From Bacteroidia bacterium (GTDB lineage: Bacteria > Bacteroidota > Bacteroidia > SpSt-205), in contig JBCNVG010000014.1 of assembly GCA_039630325.1 (NCBI GenBank), positions 42,972 through 106,971 on the forward strand: a DNA stretch of 64,000 nt, written 5' to 3'. This document shows, piece after piece, positions 37,816 to 48,800 of this stretch. Positions within the stretch are counted from its first letter, which is position 1. The number at the start of each line of letters is the position of its first letter. The notes beneath the pieces were generated by a model, which searched no databases, was not told where the DNA came from, and saw only the letters and a list, made by a program, of their open reading frames with translations. The position numbers and the translations under genes are program-made.

Positions 37816-40390
37816 GACGACAGCGCTAATGGAGCAGTACCGCGCCATGAAAGTGCGTCATCCAGGGGCTATTTTGCTCTTTCAGGTAGGCGATTTTTAT
37901 GAGACTTTTGAAGAGGATGCTCAACTCCTGTCCTCTATCCTCGGGCTTACGCTTACCCGCCGTAATAATGGTAAGGCCGAAGATGTACCCATGGCTGGTT
38001 TCCCCATCCGAGCATTGGAAACTTACGTACCGCGTCTCATAGAAGCAGGATATCGCATTGCTATTTGTGATCAGGTGGAGGATCCGAAGAAGGCCAAGAA
38101 GATTGTCCGTCGGGAGGTGACCCAAGTAGTTACCCCTGGAGTTTTGTGGCTTCATAATGAAGAGTTGACAGCTGCTTCGTATTTGGCAGTTTTTTGGGCC
38201 TACAGCTCTACTCAGGCGGTAATTATCTTAGCCGATGTCACCTGTTCTGGAAGAATTCTTTATCATGAAGGAGCGCTTAGCGACATAGCTAGTATTGTTT
38301 CTGCTTTGGCCCCGAGTGAGGCAGTAGTGTATAGTGGTCAAGAATCTCTATGGAAAACCTTATATCCTCTTACTCCGCGAGTAGAGAGCCTGCCCGAATG
38401 GTATTTTGATACAGACTCTCTGAGTTCGCTATTCAGTGAAGTGTATGGTTATGCATTGCCCAGCGCTTTGATAGGGCAGATTGAGTTACCTGTTCAGAAG
38501 GCCTTCGCGGCTCTACTAAGTTATTTACGTGAGCTCAAACAGACTTCCCTTGCTCATTTGAGTTTTCCTCGGAAGCTGCCGATGGAAAAAGCTTTCTTTT
38601 TGCACCCTGACTCCCTACGCAACCTGGAAATATTGACGCCATTACATAAAGAAGGAAAGAGTTTACTGGATGTTCTGCGATTTACAGCCACCTCGGCTGG
38701 CCTACGTCTGCTACGTGCGCGTTTGTGTATGCCGTTACGGGACATTTCAGAGATAGAAGCTCGTCTGGATAAGGTCCAGCTGCTCTATGAATACGAAACG
38801 AAGCATGAAGAATGGAATTCTCTTCTACGGCGCATAGGGGATTTAGAGCGGCGAGTGGCTCGCATTAGTGCGCGACGCGCTACGCCGCGCGAGCTGGTTG
38901 CCCTCTACTTCGGACTGCAAGCTTGTCAGGAACTATATCGAAGCCTTCCCACAGGGTATGAAATTCCGCAGGCTTTCAGCCATTTACAAGAGATCGTAGC
39001 ACTTTTGGGAAAATATCTACTCATTTCTTCTGAGCCTCCCTATATCGGGGAGAAGCCAGGAGAAGGTAAAGTCATTCGAGAGGGCATAGATGAGCGGTTA
39101 GACCGAGCGCGCTATCTACTTGCTCATGCGGAGGAAGAGCTGCGAAGTTTAGAGGAAAAAGAGCGAAATCGGCTCGGTATTCCTACATTGAAGATACAAG
39201 AAAATCGGCAATTAGGGTATGTTTTTCACATCACATCTTCATACCTCTCTAAAGTACCGCCGGACTATCGCCTTCGTCAGCAACTGGCTCAGGGAACTGC
39301 CCGTTATACCAGTGATGAGTTAGATAAACTGAATGCAGAGATAAGTTCGGCTCAAGAAATAGTGGCAGAGCAGGAGGTCAAAGCTTATGAACAGCTTTTG
39401 GGTGCTCTTCGGGCATATATTGCTCCGCTCCAACAAATAGCTCAATGGGTGGCGCAGATTGATGTGACATTGGCCTTGGCGATGGTAGCTCGGCGTTTTG
39501 GGTATACTCGCCCAAGGTTTACGACAGAACCTCGCTTATATATCAAACAGGGGCGTCATCCTGTCATAGAGCGATTCCTGCCTTCTCATCTTCCTTATCA
39601 ACCGAATGACCTCCTATTGACTTCGGAGACCCGTATGATACTCCTTACAGGGCCAAATATGGCTGGAAAATCAGCTTACATGCGTCAGAATGCTCTTATT
39701 ATTCTATTGGCCCAGATAGGGAGTTTTGTACCTGCCGAGGAGGTTGAAATGTGTCCCGTAGATCAGATTTTTAGCCGAGTCGGCGCCTCTGATAATATAG
39801 CGGCGGGCCAGAGCACCTTCCTCGTAGAGATGCAAGAGACAGCACACATTCTTCATCAAGCTACTTCCCAAAGCTTTGTCATACTGGATGAAGTCGGCCG
39901 AGGTACAAGCACATATGATGGATTGTCCATCGCCTGGGCTCTGATAGAATATCTTCATAATAATCCTATTTGTCGCCCTTGGACTTTGTTTGCGACGCAC
40001 TATCATGAGTTGACGCAGTTAGAAAAAGCCCTGCCCCGCTTGTCAAACTATCATTTAGCTGTGGAACAGCGGGGGGATAAAGTTATCTTTCTTCATCAGC
40101 TGCGGCGGGGAGCAATTCGTAAAAGTTTCGGGCTTGCTGTTGCCGAGCGAGCTGGACTTCCACCTGCCCTGCTCAATCGCGCCAGGGAAATACTCCGCTA
40201 CTTAGAGAAGCAACAGCCTATTCCCCTTGGCCAGAGTGAGCCTACACTTTTTCCTATCGCCATTGACACCGAAGGGGAACTGCGTAGGCGCTTGATAGAG
40301 ATAGATCCTAATACTATCACGCCGATTGAAGCTCTTTTCAAGTTGCAGGAGTTGCGCACCCTCGCCATGAAAGGAGGAAATCCCTCTTGA
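37808..40390 (+). CDS. mutS: DNA mismatch repair protein MutS
   Basis: LMEQY, GDFYE, MAGFP, GRHPVIE, TGPNMAGKS, STFLVEM, DEVGRGTST.DG, FATHYHEL. Confidence 0.98.
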   Translation: MSETTALMEQYRAMKVRHPGAILLFQVGDFYETFEEDAQLLSSILGLTLTRRNNGKAEDVPMAGFPIRALETYVPRLIEAGYRIAICDQVEDPKKAKKIVRREVTQVVTPGVLWLHNEELTAASYLAVFWAYSSTQAVIILADVTCSGRILYHEGALSDIASIVSALAPSEAVVYSGQESLWKTLYPLTPRVESLPEWYFDTDSLSSLFSEVYGYALPSALIGQIELPVQKAFAALLSYLRELKQTSLAHLSFPRKLPMEKAFFLHPDSLRNLEILTPLHKEGKSLLDVLRFTATSAGLRLLRARLCMPLRDISEIEARLDKVQLLYEYETKHEEWNSLLRRIGDLERRVARISARRATPRELVALYFGLQACQELYRSLPTGYEIPQAFSHLQEIVALLGKYLLISSEPPYIGEKPGEGKVIREGIDERLDRARYLLAHAEEELRSLEEKERNRLGIPTLKIQENRQLGYVFHITSSYLSKVPPDYRLRQQLAQGTARYTSDELDKLNAEISSAQEIVAEQEVKAYEQLLGALRAYIAPLQQIAQWVAQIDVTLALAMVARRFGYTRPRFTTEPRLYIKQGRHPVIERFLPSHLPYQPNDLLLTSETRMILLTGPNMAGKSAYMRQNALIILLAQIGSFVPAEEVEMCPVDQIFSRVGASDNIAAGQSTFLVEMQETAHILHQATSQSFVILDEVGRGTSTYDGLSIAWALIEYLHNNPICRPWTLFATHYHELTQLEKALPRLSNYHLAVEQRGDKVIFLHQLRRGAIRKSFGLAVAERAGLPPALLNRAREILRYLEKQQPIPLGQSEPTLFPIAIDTEGELRRRLIEIDPNTITPIEALFKLQELRTLAMKGGNPS

Positions 40391-40482
40391 TACCTAATCC
40401 AGAGACAGGTTCTAACCTTGAGCCCTACCTCAGAATGACTGTACCTTCGTTAGGGTGAGGAAAATTTCCAAGCGTGATCCAT

Positions 40483-41547
40483 ATGCGCCGATTAGATATT
40501 TACATAGTCCGAAACTTCCTGTTCTCCTTCGTGGGAAGTCTTTTTTTACTTGTGATTGTATTGGTAGCGATTGATGTCGCAGAGAAGATAGATGATTTTG
40601 TTGAAAAAGCCGTGCCTTTTCAAGCACTTCTTACTTACTATCAAAACTTCATCCCTTTCTATGCTAATCTTCTTACCCCCCTGATGATATTTCTATCAGT
40701 GTTATTTTTTACATCTCGACTGGCGCAGAGGTCAGAGATAATAGCACTTTTGGCTAATGGGGTAAGTTTTTGGCGTATATTTTTGCCTTACTTTGGGACA
40801 GCTGGACTTCTTACAGGGATAAGTCTATTCTTTCAACTATTTATAACGCCTCATAATGTTCGTCGTATAGAGGAGTTTGAGTATAAGTTTATCAAAAATC
40901 GGGTCTATTTTGATAAAAGGCAGCTACATGTGAAGCTAACGCCAGAGGGGTACTTTTTCGTCCGAGCGTTCGATAAGTTTGATCATATTGGCTTTAATGC
41001 CCACATAGAACGGATTGCGGGAGCCCAGCTTATAGAACGCTTTATCGCTGAGGAGGTTCGCTGGATCTCGGAAAGACAAAGTTGGCGTTTCTCTCGGGTA
41101 TGGCATTTTCAGCCGAGCAGGCCGCCTCGGTACATTTCGGAAATGGACACTACTTTACCGCTTGCCCCTGAGGACTTGATTCGGTCCGAGCTATATACTC
41201 GCACGATGACTTTACCTGAGCTATGGGCAGAGTATCGTCGTCAGAAGTATGTGGGGGGGGAGATCGCTAACCTTTTAGAAATGGAGCTTAGCGAACGCAT
41301 AGCGATTCCTATGGCTTCCATAGGACTGACGGCGATTGGTTTTGCATCAGCATCCCGTAAGCGTCGGGGAGGAGTGGCTTTACAGATAGGCTTAGGGCTG
41401 GTTTTAGCGTTTGTGTATGTATTTTTACTGGCGATTGCCAAGAGCGCCTTTTCAGGCGTATCAGGGGGGGCATGGCTGGGGTCATGGATACCGAACTGTA
41501 TTTTCTTTCCTCTGGCTTTATTCTGGCTGTGGCGCGTACCTAAATAG
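40483..41547 (+). CDS. LptF/LptG family LPS export permease
   Basis: LDIYIVRNFL, FTSRLAQRSEIIA..ANGVSF.R, RKRRGG, WIPNCIF. Confidence 0.92.
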   Translation: MRRLDIYIVRNFLFSFVGSLFLLVIVLVAIDVAEKIDDFVEKAVPFQALLTYYQNFIPFYANLLTPLMIFLSVLFFTSRLAQRSEIIALLANGVSFWRIFLPYFGTAGLLTGISLFFQLFITPHNVRRIEEFEYKFIKNRVYFDKRQLHVKLTPEGYFFVRAFDKFDHIGFNAHIERIAGAQLIERFIAEEVRWISERQSWRFSRVWHFQPSRPPRYISEMDTTLPLAPEDLIRSELYTRTMTLPELWAEYRRQKYVGGEIANLLEMELSERIAIPMASIGLTAIGFASASRKRRGGVALQIGLGLVLAFVYVFLLAIAKSAFSGVSGGAWLGSWIPNCIFFPLALFWLWRVPK

Positions 41548-41565
41548 GCATGTGTGAAGGATTAT

Positions 41566-42528
41566 TTAGAGCCAGCCGCGCCAGCGGAAATACCACACTG
41601 TCGCTAAGGATGAGCCAATAATCAGAACCCATGCAAAAGCATACCCCCATTGCCAATCTAACTCTGGCATAAACCGAAAGTTCATTCCATAGATGCTGGC
41701 AATCAGCGTAGGAGGCATGAAGGCCACTGTGATAACGGTGAATATTTTGATGATGCGGTTTTGTTCTAAGTTAATGAGACTGAGGATAGTGTTTTGAATA
41801 GACTCCAGGCGCTGAAAGCTGAAGCTTGTGTGGTCTATAAGGGAACTGACATCTTTGAGTAAAATTCGGACGGATTCACGCGCGGAATCTGTCAGCTTCT
41901 GCGAGCGAATCAGGAGCGACAGTACGCGCTGAATGTCGAAAAGTCCTTCTCTTAGGCGAATGAGATACTCTTGTAAAGACTGAACTGTGAGAATGGTCTT
42001 CTCACGCTCTGAGAAATCTGCCTCTGGCAGCGCCGTGGAGAATCTATAAATCTGCTGAGAAATGAGTTCTATATTGTCGGCGTCTACATCTACTATCTGT
42101 CCCAGTAGGGCTAAAAGCAGCTGGAGGGAGGAGTTATGGAGCTCGGGGTTAGCCCGCACGCGCCGTACAAGCTCTTGAAAGACACGACTATCCTGAGACC
42201 TGTGAGTAAATAACCGTTCAGATGTCCATATAATACTGAGATCCTGCTCTTGCAGTATAAGCTCTTCAGCAGAGGAGCGTATTTCAATCAGACGAAGAAT
42301 GATGCGAAGTTGGCCATTCTCTTCGTGATAGCGAGAACTGGCCTCTATTTCAGCTTGTTCTTGCTTAGAAGGGAAGCGAATATTGAAATGGGATTCTAAG
42401 TTTTGTAGCGTTTCTCGGGAAGCGCCGCAGCTATCTATCCAGACAAAATCCTCCAGGGGAGAAGAAAAAGATTCCCCCTCCTTCCACTTGATTTGATCGT
42501 AAGGCTGAAAGCGATAAGCTCGTATCAC
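41566..42528 (-). CDS. corA: Magnesium/cobalt transporter CorA
   Basis: EIEASSRY, QNRIIKIFTV..FMPPTLIASIYGMNFRFMPEL.W..GY. TACTTTTG box at 42534-42541 lies inside the coaE 3' end. Confidence 0.95.
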   Translation of the reverse strand: MIRAYRFQPYDQIKWKEGESFSSPLEDFVWIDSCGASRETLQNLESHFNIRFPSKQEQAEIEASSRYHEENGQLRIILRLIEIRSSAEELILQEQDLSIIWTSERLFTHRSQDSRVFQELVRRVRANPELHNSSLQLLLALLGQIVDVDADNIELISQQIYRFSTALPEADFSEREKTILTVQSLQEYLIRLREGLFDIQRVLSLLIRSQKLTDSARESVRILLKDVSSLIDHTSFSFQRLESIQNTILSLINLEQNRIIKIFTVITVAFMPPTLIASIYGMNFRFMPELDWQWGYAFAWVLIIGSSLATVWYFRWRGWL

Positions 42529-43140
42529 CTATGCAAAAGTAGCAGGGAATGGTATATTCCATGCCTCAAAAAAACGCTGGAGCTGGGGTCGTAAAGGCAA
42601 ATGACCGTCATTTATAATGAGGAAATCAGCGTATGCGATTTTTTTCCATTCAGGCCACTGCGCATTCATACGCTGGAGAATCTCCATTTCTGTGAGCTTG
42701 TCTCTTTGACGAAGGCGCTCTATTCGTACTTTCAAAGGAGCATATACGAGAAGTAATGCGTCTAATCCCTTCCGGCCACCAGCTTCCAAAGTCAGAGCTG
42801 CTTCTTTGAATACTGCGGGGTGTCCTTCTGCTCTGCGTGCCTGTATCCAGTCCATGAAATCCGCAATAGTACGAGGATGTACAAGTTGGTTCAATTTCTG
42901 CCGAAGCTCTGGTGCCTGAAATATCTTTTCAGCAATGTAAGGGCGTCGGAGTTCACCTGAGGGGGTATAAGCCTCCTCACCAAACAGAGCCAGGATGCCT
43001 TGGCGTAAGGCTGGGTCCTGCTCCATAAGCTCTTTGGCTCGCTGATCGGCACTATAGGTTGGGAAGCCCAGTTGAGCAACTTGTCGGAGGATAAAGCTCT
43101 TTCCTGTACCGATTCCACCTGTTATGCCTACGATTCGCAT
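42529..43140 (-). CDS. coaE: Dephospho-CoA kinase
   Basis: VGITGGIGTGKS, LNQLVHP, RIERL..RD, RMNAQW. Start ATG 43140 overlaps the upstream TGA. Confidence 0.95.
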   Translation of the reverse strand: MRIVGITGGIGTGKSFILRQVAQLGFPTYSADQRAKELMEQDPALRQGILALFGEEAYTPSGELRRPYIAEKIFQAPELRQKLNQLVHPRTIADFMDWIQARRAEGHPAVFKEAALTLEAGGRKGLDALLLVYAPLKVRIERLRQRDKLTEMEILQRMNAQWPEWKKIAYADFLIINDGHLPLRPQLQRFFEAWNIPFPATFA

Positions 43141-43934
43141 CAATATACCCGAGTAAAGCCAAGTGCTGGCGGGATGATTTCTACGCGGCGGACATAGGGC
43201 GGGCACTTGTGTAGCTCAGGAAAAACTACACTATCTTTAGGTAGAACCTTCCGCATATCTACTATCACCTGAAAGTCCTCTGATTTCCATTGATCCGCCA
43301 TAGACTGAGGTACCCAAAAGCGTATCTGTACCCGATTCGGGGTAAGAATCAGAGAATAGTTTTCCGTACCTATGGCTTTAGGGGAAACCTCCGTAGAGGC
43401 ATAAATGTACCTGGCTGTATTAGCCTCTATCCATAAAGTTTCAGGATAAGTCGCCCAATCAGGAGGCAGGGGAACTGGATAGCGATGATATCCCAGCTTG
43501 GCCACCAGCTCATAAGTGAAAGGAGGTAAACTATCTGCAAAGGCCCATATGGTGTCCGATAGCCATGCAGGCGGAGAAACAAAATCCGCACCGCTGGGTA
43601 AAATCCACCGGAGGATAGGTCGGTATGAAATGCGGCGAAGCTTGTGACATATGCCTGAGCGGTTCAGCTCGGTTAGGCTCCAGTGCATTTTAAGCTTATT
43701 TTTAGTAGCTGGTGGCGAAATACACAATCTAGCCGCAGATATAGTATCACCCCCCCTCTCGTATATCAAATCATACCCACTACCTTCTACCTCTACGGTA
43801 GCCAATATAGGGCGCTCCAATCCTGGTGCCTGAACGGTAACTATTCGAGAAATCTTATAAGTCCTATCCAACTTAATGAGCAACCACAGAAGAATCGCGA
43901 CCGTTACTGCTACGCCGTACAAAAAAAGTCTCAT
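43140..43934 (-). CDS. YbbR/CdaR-like protein (divergent)
   Basis: N-terminal TM ILLWLLIKL, VEGSGYDL, PNRVQI, EDFQVIVD; syntenic position between yajC and coaE. Confidence 0.62.
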   Translation of the reverse strand: MRLFLYGVAVTVAILLWLLIKLDRTYKISRIVTVQAPGLERPILATVEVEGSGYDLIYERGGDTISAARLCISPPATKNKLKMHWSLTELNRSGICHKLRRISYRPILRWILPSGADFVSPPAWLSDTIWAFADSLPPFTYELVAKLGYHRYPVPLPPDWATYPETLWIEANTARYIYASTEVSPKAIGTENYSLILTPNRVQIRFWVPQSMADQWKSEDFQVIVDMRKVLPKDSVVFPELHKCPPYVRRVEIIPPALGFTRVY

Positions 43935-44242
43935 TTAGCTTCGGACGGCTGTGCATAGGCGCGTATAGCAGCTTTATCTATTCTGAGCTTGACATTCTTA
44001 TCTACCTCCAAGAGCAAGGTATCTCCGTCTATGGAGACAATTTCGCCATATATTCCCGAAGTGGTTACAACCTTGTCGCCTTTCTTGAGAGAGTTTCTAA
44101 ATTCCTGCTCCCGTTTTTGCTGTCTTTTTTGAGGGAGAATGATAAAGAAGTAAAATATAGCGAATATCCCCACGAAAAAGGCTATTTGCATTAGCAGTAC
44201 ACCACTGCCGGGCGAAGCTGGGTTAGTATCTATCCAGATCAT
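43931..44242 (-). CDS. yajC: Preprotein translocase subunit YajC
   Basis: IFYFFIILPQKRQQK..F..SLKKGDKVVTTSGIYG.I. Start 44242 or 44275. Confidence 0.94.
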   Translation of the reverse strand: MIWIDTNPASPGSGVLLMQIAFFVGIFAIFYFFIILPQKRQQKREQEFRNSLKKGDKVVTTSGIYGEIVSIDGDTLLLEVDKNVKLRIDKAAIRAYAQPSEAK

Positions 44243-44255
44243 TTCAGGGATGCAT

Positions 44256-44720
44256 TTATTTATACTTATTGTCACTGACTACGATACCACGAAAACGCAG
44301 AATGTGAGACGGTGGATCTGTATTGGCGAATACCGTGATAGTTTTCATTTGCTCGCCTGAGCGCCCCTGCGAGTCGAAAACCACTTCTACATAGCCTTGT
44401 CCACCAGGAGGTATGGGGTCCTTGGTCCAACTAGGGACTGTGCAACCACAGGAAGGCTTTACGTCTGTGATCCGCAGGGGAACTTTGCCAGTATTCGTTA
44501 CACGGAATCGGTAAGAAGCTTTTTCTCCTTCGCGAATCTTTCCGAAGTCGTGTTCATATTTATCAAACTTTATCTTGGCAAGCGAGTCAGTTGGGGTGGA
44601 AGAAGTAGCATTCACAGCGGTTTGTGCTTGTACGTGGTTGAAAAGCTTATCATTCCCTTCTCTGCTAACTGTGGTACAGGCAAACCAGACGAAAACTAAA
44701 GTTGCGGTTCCGATTCGCAT
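44256..44720 (-). CDS. DUF1573 domain lipoprotein
   Basis: FAC lipobox; HDFG.I.EG, F..TNTG..PL.I..V.PSCGCT.P, PIPPG. Confidence 0.9.
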   Translation of the reverse strand: MRIGTATLVFVWFACTTVSREGNDKLFNHVQAQTAVNATSSTPTDSLAKIKFDKYEHDFGKIREGEKASYRFRVTNTGKVPLRITDVKPSCGCTVPSWTKDPIPPGGQGYVEVVFDSQGRSGEQMKTITVFANTDPPSHILRFRGIVVSDNKYK

Positions 44721-44740
44721 AGGCTATGCAAAAATACAGC

Positions 44741-45052
44741 TTATCTCGTAGTACTCCTCACTTCACCCAATAGACCTTCTATTTCTAAAAGGAGCTGCTC
44801 AGCCTTTTTGTACTCGTCTGGGCGGAGCCCGCTTTCCATGAAGGCTTTCTGCTTAACCTCTTCATAAGAGGGGCTGGACTCTCCTGATCCAGAAAAGCGG
44901 CTTCGGAGGGCATCCCAATATTCGCTCAGCTTACGGCGAAGGCGACGCCGAGTGTTGATACCACTATCCGGCGCTATCAGGATTCCTACCAGAGTCCCGA
45001 CAGCTACCCCAGCGAGAAATGCCCAGAAGGCTCCACTACTTCGGTTGCTCAT
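44741..45052 (-). CDS. YtxH domain protein
   Basis: FLAGVAVGTLVGILIAPDSG..TRRRL. Start ATG 45052 follows TACATTTG. Confidence 0.88.
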   Translation of the reverse strand: MSNRSSGAFWAFLAGVAVGTLVGILIAPDSGINTRRRLRRKLSEYWDALRSRFSGSGESSPSYEEVKQKAFMESGLRPDEYKKAEQLLLEIEGLLGEVRSTTR

Positions 45053-45699
45053 ATGGGCAAATGTACAACGAACGCCTGCCATCCGTCAGCTCTTAGGCGA
45101 TCTCTGAGCTGCTCCGCTTCCTTTCTAGTAGAGAACTGTCCAATAATGACTCGGTAGATGGTTTTCTGATTCTTTACAGACTTCCACACGAAAGAAGGCA
45201 CTTTGGTTTCATTTCTGGCATTGCGGGCGAGTGTGCGAGCGTTTGCCTCTTCTGAAAATGCCCCTATTTGAACGCCGTAGGGCTTCGGGTGCACGGCTTG
45301 ACCATCGGCATCATAGAATTTCCCCTGGGGCGGGGGAGAATGTGGAGGGGTCGGAAGCTGGGTCACCTCTATCCGAACCATTCCTACCCCCCGACTTATC
45401 AATCCCAACTCCTGAGCAGCTTTTTCAGATAAGTCAATAATCCTGCCGACTTTATGTGGTCCGCGGTCATTGATGCGCACGGTAACAGATTTGTTCGTCT
45501 GTTTGTCTGTCACGCGCACATAAGTGTCAAAAGGCAAGGTCCGATGAGCTGCGGTTAGAGCCCACCGGTCGTACTTTTCCCCAGAAGCGGTTCGACGCCC
45601 ATGAAAGCTGGGGGCGTAATAGGATGCCTCTCCTTCCTCCACATAACCGACTTGGGTAAAAGCTATGCTGCCCAGCGGGAGTAGAAATAGACTGCGCAC
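45049..45699 (-). CDS. rlpA: Septal ring lytic transglycosylase RlpA with SPOR domain
   Basis: GEASYY..FHGRRTASGE.YD..LTAAHRTLPF, VRINDRGP, RIIDLS; VQIGAFS...NA SPOR. Confidence 0.93.
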   Translation of the reverse strand: MRSLFLLPLGSIAFTQVGYVEEGEASYYAPSFHGRRTASGEKYDRWALTAAHRTLPFDTYVRVTDKQTNKSVTVRINDRGPHKVGRIIDLSEKAAQELGLISRGVGMVRIEVTQLPTPPHSPPPQGKFYDADGQAVHPKPYGVQIGAFSEEANARTLARNARNETKVPSFVWKSVKNQKTIYRVIIGQFSTRKEAEQLRDRLRADGWQAFVVHLPI

Positions 45700-45825
45700 G
45701 ATTTGAAGGTAATAAATCGTATTTACAGGAAAAGCTCAGGGCTAAATGATAGTATTGAAGATGCAAGTAAACGGAAATATAAGCCTTGTTACTGCCTAAG
45801 TCATATCGAGCAGGGTCAGAGCCTC

Positions 45826-45864
45826 AAAAAAAGAAGAGGGCAGCTGTACGCAACTGCCCTCTTC
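45826..45864 (-). terminator. Intrinsic terminator of the large T9SS gene
   Basis: GAAGAGGGCAG / CTGCCCTCTTC 11-bp stem followed by T7 on the minus strand. Confidence 0.85.
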
Positions 45865-45888
45865 AAAATCTGATTGAGGGGGGGTAGC

Positions 45889-48800
45889 TTAGCGCTTCAT
45901 CCATCGCAATCGCACTCCACCTACCTCTACTACATATACGCCTGCGCTGAGGAGTTCAGCTGGAAGAGGTGTCCTTTCTTGAGCTGCTACTCCTTCCCAA
46001 ACCAGTTTTCCTGCAGCATCCCATATACGGACAGGGTATCCACTCTTGCTCAGTTCTAGGTAGGCCTCATTATGAGAAGGATTGGGGACAATAGCGGCAA
46101 GTAGCTGTTCAGATTGGGGTAAGGTGGCTTCTACTACAGGTGAAAGATAACTACTTCCTGTTCTTTCCATGGCTCTAATCCTGTAGAAGTAGTGACCGCC
46201 TTGCTCTACATCGGTATCTTTCCATACGTAATGACCGACTTCACCCTCTTTACGAATATAATCTTCCCTAGACAGAGAGCCGATTACACTCCAGCTAATC
46301 CCATCTGCGGAACGTTCTATGTGATGCTGGTAGAGAAGCTCCCAGTTAGGTCGTATGCTAAAGGTTACTTCAACTGAGGAAGACCGAGGTATAGCACTCA
46401 CATGAATGAACTGAACGGCAAGTGGTATGGGACTTTGCGCAATCGCAAACTCCGAAAAGTCAGAGACTTGAAGTCTACCAGTTTGAGAGGCTTGATCATA
46501 CGGCGTTCCTTCGCATACTCCATCAAAAGTGAAGAGACCAGACGAGCCAGTGGGACGCTTTACAATGGCATAAGCGCTTCCAGATGCGTTGGTGTAGTTT
46601 CTGGCAAACAGCCGGAGGTGATAAGGTGGAACCGTGCCGCCAATGCGTTCTATGATCCAGTAGCCGTTGTTGAGGTTAGGCAGAGTGCCGAAGTTCGCTC
46701 CGCAATCAGTTTGAGTCACGCATGTCGGAGGCGTCCCAGGCCAAGGTAGAAACTGAGCTGTCAAATGAGTCGCTGTGGGGGCAGAACTAAATAGGACCTG
46801 ACCCAATTGATATCCTTTCCCACTTGGGAGGTGCCCCACGGGTAAGTAATACCAGCCATCTGAAGCACTATTATTCAGCCTTCGGCGAAGTACGCCAGAG
46901 ATATAGCTATTGGGATTTCCTATTGTAACGACGCTGGCTGAAGGGGTGCGGGCATAGGTTTCTTTTCCATGGGTATAGCCATCTATGACGCCCTGCGTCA
47001 GGGTAAGCGTCCCATCAAACTCTAATGGAGAGAGAAGAATGAGACTGAATCCTGGGGTTCCTTGGGCTATCGTTACATGATAGGGGTCACCCGTTCCGTC
47101 TCGGCGATAGGTTTGATTGTTCGCAGGCCCGACGAAGCGAATGTGAGAGTTTGTCTGCGCTGCCAGAGTTGCACCAGCCTTGAGCCAGTAATTTCGGCAT
47201 ATATCTAACTGTCCTGTACCTGTGATGGTTAGGACTGCTCCTGGCTCAATCGTTATGTCTCTACAGGAAGCGATTCCATCACTGATGATAGGGTCATTGA
47301 TGGTGTCAGGTATGATTACATCCTTTGTACAGGTAGGTATTTCACAATCACCCCAGTTGTTGGAATTGAACCAGTCACTGCTGATCTCCCCTGTCCAGAG
47401 CCCTGCGGGCCTTACAAGAGTGAGCGTAGCATTTTTGGTGCCCGTGGGATAAAAGACATTGCAAGTGGTATTGCCACAGGCCCGATTAGCATTGATGACA
47501 GTTTGTATAGTGAGCGGGTATGTCCCAGCTGGCAAAGAAGGGCTGATTTGGAATTGAAAGCCGAAACTCATGACCGCACCTGGTCCATGTCCAGCCTGCA
47601 ATCCCCAGGTAAGGATAGTATTTCCGCCCGAGCTTGTGATAGTAGGAGCATGAGCGGTAAAGTTTTGTATAGCTATGGTGCTACCTGTGATGAATATTCC
47701 CGCAGGGATGATGACTCTTACGCTATCATTAGAGGTGGTACTACCTGTTCCGAGATTTGTAATAGAAATCGTATAGGTATGGACTGATTGGCAGCCAGTA
47801 AGGGTGAGGTTCGGAGCGCTAATATCAGTTTGATAGGGCACGATTATGTTAGAAAGGGCGACTATAGGGGAAGCGCTTATTTGATAGGAGAACTGATTGC
47901 AGACACTCATGTAGGCAGAGAAAAAGGCTATTTGAGCACCGCTTATGTAGTTACAAGTCGTCACCATTTTGAAGCGTATGCGGATTTCATTATCTGGAGA
48001 TAGATGTGGGAGGCCAGAACTTAGGGCTGGGATCTGATTATCTAAATCCCAATAGTGTAGTACGAGGAAGCTCTGGGGAGCAGCGATTGGAGTCCATGAA
48101 CCTCCTGCGGGATACGAAGCTTCAAATGACCCAGGTACGAGATTGACGCCAGTAGGCAAGATGAAATACAAATAGGGACTATAGGCATATCCTGTTCCGG
48201 CATTAGTAAGGGTGACAACTACGGTGTGGGTGTCGCACAGTTCAGCTGGATTGGGAGTTATGGTAGAGGAGATTTGTACTATGGGGGTGGTAGGAATGAA
48301 TGTCAAGGTGTCTCGTGGAGCAGAGTTATAGCAAGCGTAGGAGGAGATGGAGGTTGGATAGCCGGCGCAGTCCCAGCCGACTCGGGCCCAGAGTGTGTCT
48401 ATTGGTGCACACGAGAGAATTTGAGCGCGTACATAGAAATACCTGTCACTCCCAGCATTAACCGTACCGATTGGATAATATCCGTTGGTAAGGGGTACAG
48501 GAAGGTTAGTGGCTGCATCTATCACTTGGGTGATATTTAGATTGCTATACTGCGTCTGGAAGAAGAGGAAAGTATTAGGCGAAGCGGCTACGTTGGAAGT
48601 ATTAGAAACTTTGATATACCACTCTACGGTGTTTTGGGTAGCTGTTACGGGATTGGTTACAGCTTGAATAGATAAGCGAGGGCCTCTATATCTAATCCGA
48701 ACGCCTGCTGGTGGGGAGGCTGAAGTAGCTGTGCCATTTAGCCGCCCACTGAAATGAATTGTATAGGACACGGGTAGCGCTGTATCAGAAGCTATGACAC

